Shown piece by piece: positions 47,601 through 52,012 of a DNA stretch of 52,012 bases. The notes below the pieces were generated by a model. It searched no databases. It was not told where the DNA came from and saw only the letters and a program-made list of their open reading frames with translations. The stretch's first letter is position 1. Every line of letters starts with the position of its first letter. The position numbers were made by a program, and so were the translations under genes. Source of the stretch: Chiloscyllium plagiosum (lineage: Eukaryota); assembly GCF_004010195.1 (NCBI RefSeq), contig NC_057751.1, positions 11,343,901 through 11,395,912 on the forward strand. Reading direction: 5' to 3'.

Positions 47601-48490
47601 GTACAGGTCACTTCTACCCCAAAAGAGATTCCAGTGATCCAAAAATGTGAATCCTTCTCCCATACACCGGCTCCTCAGCCATGCATTTATGTGCTCTATT
47701 CTCCTATTCCTGCCCTCACTACCTCGTAGCACCGAGAGTAATCCAGATATTCCTACCCTTGAGGACCTCCTTTTTAAATTTCTGCCTAACTCTCTGTAAT
47801 CTCCTGGCACCAGGGAAACAACACACCATTCTGCTTTATCGCTGCTGGTCACAGAAACATCTGTCTGTACCTCTGAGTACAGAATCCCCTAACACAATTG
47901 ATCTCTTGGAAGCCGACTTACCCCTCGTTGCATTAGAGCCAGTCTCCATACCAGAAACTTGGTTGTTCGTGCTACGTTTCCCTGAGAATCCATCACCCCC
48001 TACATTTTCCAAAACAGCATACCTGTTTGAAATGGATATATCCATAAAAGACTCCTGCTCTAGCTGCCTACCTGTCTTACCCTCCCTGGAGTTAACCCAT
48101 CTATGTGACTGTATCTGAGACTTTCCCCCTTCCTATAACTGCCATCCATCACATACTGTTGCTGTTGCAAATTCCTCATTGCTTCTAATTGTCTCTCCAA
48201 CCGATCCATTTGATCTGATAAGATTCACAGCCAACAGCATTTATGGCCGATATAATCCGCAGTAACCCTTAAACTCTCTTTAAACTCCCACATCTGACAA
48301 GAAGTACATATCACTCTATTAAAGGCCATTTTTGCTCCTTCTACAGACCCAGAAAATAACACCATCTTATTCCTCTACAAAACACTGCCCCAGGTTAAAT
48401 TAATAGTTATGGCTTGTATTTTAAGTTTAATCAGGAGACATATCTCCAAAAACATATAATCAAGAAAGCATCCACTCTACTCACTACTTC
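44616..48490 (-). mobile_element. Near-full-length CR1 (HER1-like) LINE, inactivated
   Basis: ORF1 ATG ~48329 (CTSCQMWE zinc finger; IVLGDS and DGLHLN esterase blocks); ORF2 APE (FNARSL..IAITETWL..VGDFNFPNIDW), RT ([24 protein letters not shown]), C-terminus and tail; multiple stops/frameshifts. Confidence 0.95.
45914..46145. other. Assembly gap (232 N) inside the CR1 ORF2
   Basis: Run of n. Confidence 1.
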
Positions 48491-48685
48491 AGATTCTCTC
48501 CCCACAATAAAATGCTCTGGAACAGTTCAGCCTGATCAAATTTGCACTGGGCCAATTCTGATGGTTTTAGGACAGGATGGCAAATAATTAGCTTGCTGAA
48601 AGGGCTCCGTTTTGAAGGAGGGTCTGACAGAAGGGAAAAGAGATGGGAAGATTGAGATGGGCAATTCCAGAGCTGAGGACCTTAG

Positions 48686-48930
48686 AATTGTATAATCCCT
48701 ACAGTGTGGAAGCAGGCTATTCAGCCCATCAACTCCATACTCACCCTCCGAAGAGCATCCCCACCCAGACTCACCCGATGCCTGCAACCTTGCATTCCCC
48801 ATGGCTAATCTACGTAGCCTGGACACTGTGGGCAATTTAGCCTGGGCTAATCCTCCCGACCTGCATATGTTTGTGACTGTGGGAGGAAACCGGAGCACCC
48901 ACAGGAAACCCACGTAGGCACTGGGAAAGC
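48686..48930 (-). mobile_element. HE1-like V-SINE lacking its head
   Basis: ccctacagtgtggaagcaggc tail; gactgtgggaggaaaccggagcaccc V-domain. Confidence 0.8.
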
Positions 48931-48984
48931 TGCAGGCCACGTGGTGGCAGGACCTGGTATGAAGGGCTTGGGGCTCGGATATGG

Positions 48985-49573
48985 GAGAACTCAAGTCCGA
49001 AAATTATTGACCTTGATATTGAGTCCAGAAGGCTGAAGGGTCCCCAAACAGAAAAACAAGGTGGTGTTCTTCCAGCTTGCACTGAGTTTCACTGGGGCAC
49101 TGCAGCAAGCCTGAGACAGAGATGTTGGCCAGGGAACACTGTGGGGTGTTCAAGTGGCAGGCAACTGGAAGCTCAGGGTCATGTTAGCAGGCAGAACGTC
49201 GATGTTGTACAAAGTGGTCAGTCAGTCAATGCTTTGTTTCCTCAATGTGGAGCTGACCACACCGTGAACAGGTAACGTGCAGGTAAAGGTGTGTCTCCGG
49301 CCCTGGACCTTGAGGAGGGAGGAAGCAAACAGGCAGATGTGACACCTTCTGCGATTCCATGGGAAGGTAATGTGGGCCTCGGTGTCCTGGAGGGAATAGT
49401 TACTGCGAAAGGTGGACACGGGAGGGGAAGGGAAGGTCTATCAGGTCATGGCATCCCACTGCAGGTGGCGGAAATGGCAGTGACCAATCCTTTGGGTGTG
49501 GATCCTGATGGATGGTCAGTGAGGGATCCTATTGCTGTTGTAGGAGGCAAGATAGGGCCCAAGTGCAGGAAAT
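48985..49573 (-). mobile_element. Penelope-like element GIY-YIG region, degenerate
   Basis: TFPWNRRRCHICLFASSLLKVQG..FTCT (CxxxxCxxC linker remnant); then hiEETK, pvachlntp, KLEEHHL..GTLQPSGLNI. Confidence 0.8.
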
Positions 49574-49910
49574 AGAACATAGAACATAGAACATAGAAGA
49601 ATACAGCGCAGTACAGGCCCTTCGGCCCTCGATGTTGCGCCGATCCAAGCCCACCTAACCTACACTAGCCCACTATCCTCCATATGCCTATCCAATGCCC
49701 GTTTAAATGCCCATAAAGAGGGAGAGTCCACCACTGCGGCAACATCCTGGTAATCCTCCTCTGCACCCGTTCCAGTGCCTCCACATCTTTCCTATAGTAT
49801 GGCGACCAAAACTGCACACAATACTCCAGATGCGGCCGCACCAGAGTCTTATACAACTGCAACATGACCTCAGTACTCCGGAACTCAATTCCTCTACCAA
49901 TAAAAGCCAG
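49574..49910 (-). mobile_element. Internally deleted CR1 3' fragment with (ATAGAAC)n tail, nested in the PLE
   Basis: ORF 49665..49913 LQLYKTLVRPHLEYCVQFWSPYYRKDVEALERVQRR; possible AAAT TSD at 49570-49573 and 49912-49915. Confidence 0.88.
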
Positions 49911-50109
49911 CAAATGGGCCAGATATTTGCATTTTGTTTTTATTTCTGATTTACAGTATCTGTGGTTCTTCTGGTTTTTTGAATCAAGAAATAACTATTT
50001 CTCTGCAGTCAGCTCACTCTAAACCTATGCTTAGTTAATGGCTTTTGCCTGAAACATCAATTTTCCTGCTCCTTGGATTCTCCTTTTCCAGCACCCCACT
50101 ATAATCTTG

Positions 50110-51360
50110 ACTCTAAACCTATGTCCTCTCGTTCTGGACTCCCCCAACCCAGGAAAAAGACTTTGTCTATTTACCCTATCCATGTCCCTCATGTTTTTAT
50201 AAGCCTCTATAAGGTCACCCCTCAGCCTCCGACACTCCAGGGAAAACAGCCCTAACCTATTCAACGTCTCCCTGTAGCTCAAATCCTTCAACCCTGGCAA
50301 CATGCTTGTAAATCTTTTCTGAACTCTTTCAGGTTTCACAACATCTTTCCGATAGGAAGGAGACCAGAATTTCACGCAATATTCCAAAAGTGGCCTAACC
50401 AATATCCTGTACAGCCATAACATGATCTCCCAACTCCTGTACTCAATACTCTGACCAATAAAGGAAAGTATACCAAATGCCTTCTTCAGTATCCTATCTA
50501 CCTGCAACTCCACTGACAAGGAGTTATGAACCTGGACTCCAAGATCTCTTTGTTCAGCAACGCTCCCTAGGACCTGACATTTAAGTGTATAAGTCCTGCT
50601 AAGGTTTGCTTTCCCAAAATGCAGCACCTCACATTTATCTGAATTAAACTCCACCTGCCACTTCTCAGCCCATTGGCCCATCTGGTCCAGATCCCATTGT
50701 AATTTGATATAGCCTTCTTCGCTGTCCACTACACCTCCAATTTTGGTGTCATCTGCAAACTTACTAACTCTACCTCTTATCCAAATCATTTGTGTAAATG
50801 ACAAAAAGCAGTGAACCCAGCACTGATCCTTGTGGCATGCCACTGGTCACAGGCCTCCAGTCTGAAAAGCAACACTCCATCACCTTTGAGCCAGTTCTTA
50901 ACCAAATGGCTAGTTCTCCCTGTATTTCGTGAGATCTAACCTTGCTAACCAGTCTCCCATGGGGAACCTTGTCGAACGCCTTACTGAAGTCCATATAGAT
51001 CACATCTACTGCTCTGCCCTCATCAATCTTCTTTGTTACTTCTTCAAAAAACTCAATCAAGTTTGTGAGACATGATTTCCCACGCACAAAGCCATGTTGA
51101 CTATCCCTAATCAGTCCTTGCCTTCCCAAATACATGTAAATCCTGTCCCTCAGGATTCCTTCCAACAACTTGCCCACCACTGACGTCAGGCTCACTGGCC
51201 TATAGTTCCCTGGCTTGTCTTTACCACCCTTCTTAAACAGTGGCAGCAAGTTAGCCAACCTCCAGTCTTCCGGCACCACGCATATGACTATCAATGATAC
51301 AAATATCTCAGCAAGAGGCCCAGCAATCACTTCGTACAGAGTTCCAGGGTACACTTGATC
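50110..51360 (-). mobile_element. CR1 ORF2 RT fragment; 3' end replaced by a decayed PLE pLTR piece (50040-50112)
   Basis: ORFs 50770..51417 (NYRPVSLTS..QHGF..DFSKAFDKVPH..QGSVLG) and 50031..50843 (KFADDTK..). Confidence 0.95.
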
Positions 51361-51699
51361 ACTGAGCAACATAACCTGGATTGTTGTCACTGAACAGAGG
51401 TCAACTGTAATTCTCACATTCTATGTATGAGAACATCACTCCAGTTTAACTGGGTCCAAAGATCCACCTGACAATGATGTCTGAACCAGCACCATTTGAT
51501 GGAACGTCAGCTAAGGTGTGTTCTGGAACTGGAATGACACAAGGTATAGTTGTAAGACTAGGATGCTGAGTGACTCATCATTGAGCACCTTCAGTCAACT
51601 GAAGCTAAACACCTTCCTGCCACAGTACACTGGGGAAACAAACAGAAAGGCAAGAACACAACACCAGACTGGAATTAATCAGGTTCCGGCTTCAAATTC

Positions 51700-52012
51700 C
51701 AACTCTCTCTCCCTGTGCTCCAGCTCCCTCCCTCACTCCCCCTCTCTCTTCCTGTGCTCCAGCTCCCTCCCTCTCTCTTTCTCTTTGTGCTCCTGAACTC
51801 TCTCTCCCCACGTTCCTGCTCGCTGTCTCTCCCCATGTTCCTGCTCTCTGTCTCTCCCCATGTTCCTGCTCTCTGTCTCTCGCCATGTTCCTGCTCGCTG
51901 TCTCTCCCCATGTTCCTGCTCGCTGTCTCTCCCTGACTCTCCCCTCCGCTCTCACTCTCTCCATGCTCTCTCTTTCCCCAAGCTCTCTCTCTCTCTGTCT
52001 GTGTCTCTCTGT
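51700..52012. repeat. CT-rich tandem/low-complexity repeat with ~26-bp units (CCCCATGTTCCTGCTCGCTGTCTCT-like)
   Basis: Direct reading. Confidence 0.9.

Noticed and set aside
44616..48490. Active autonomous CR1
   Set aside because: ORF1 has a premature stop and a deletion, ORF2 is split by several frameshifts, and part is an assembly gap.

Overview
Vertebrate, repeat-dominated genomic DNA with no protein-coding host gene that I can recognise. The repeat families point to a cartilaginous fish, most likely a shark (inference): HE1/V-SINEs, CR1/HER1-type LINEs with esterase ORF1, Deu-domain SINEs and Penelope-like elements (PLEs) with minimal hammerhead ribozymes. Nearly every ORF in the track is a decayed retroelement, the antisense of one, or a translation of tandem repeat. 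Contents: many CR1 fragments plus one near-full-length dead CR1 (44.6-48.5 kb, containing a 232-N assembly gap); Rex1/Babar, RTE and L2/CR1-group LINE fragments; PLE remnants; four solo-LTR-like sequences; SINEs; a 2.1-kb 21-bp minisatellite and a ~45-bp minisatellite. Most interesting: (1) the 21-bp VNTR appears to be the body of a ~2.8-kb non-coding composite retroposon (6249-9052) that splits an older LINE and ends in a Rex/Babar-type tail, an SVA-like design; (2) that element's tail contains a 47-bp-stem hairpin in which 6 of 7 mismatches are G:U pairs; (3) a TSD-bounded, 1.9-kb, ORF1-only L1 derivative (HAL1-like) at a canonical TTTT/AA site; (4) several PLE hammerhead cores, including an intact copy with a perfect TSD and a tandem arrangement. 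Family assignments come from motif recognition, not database searches. Most boundaries are approximate (+/- tens of bp) unless a TSD is quoted.
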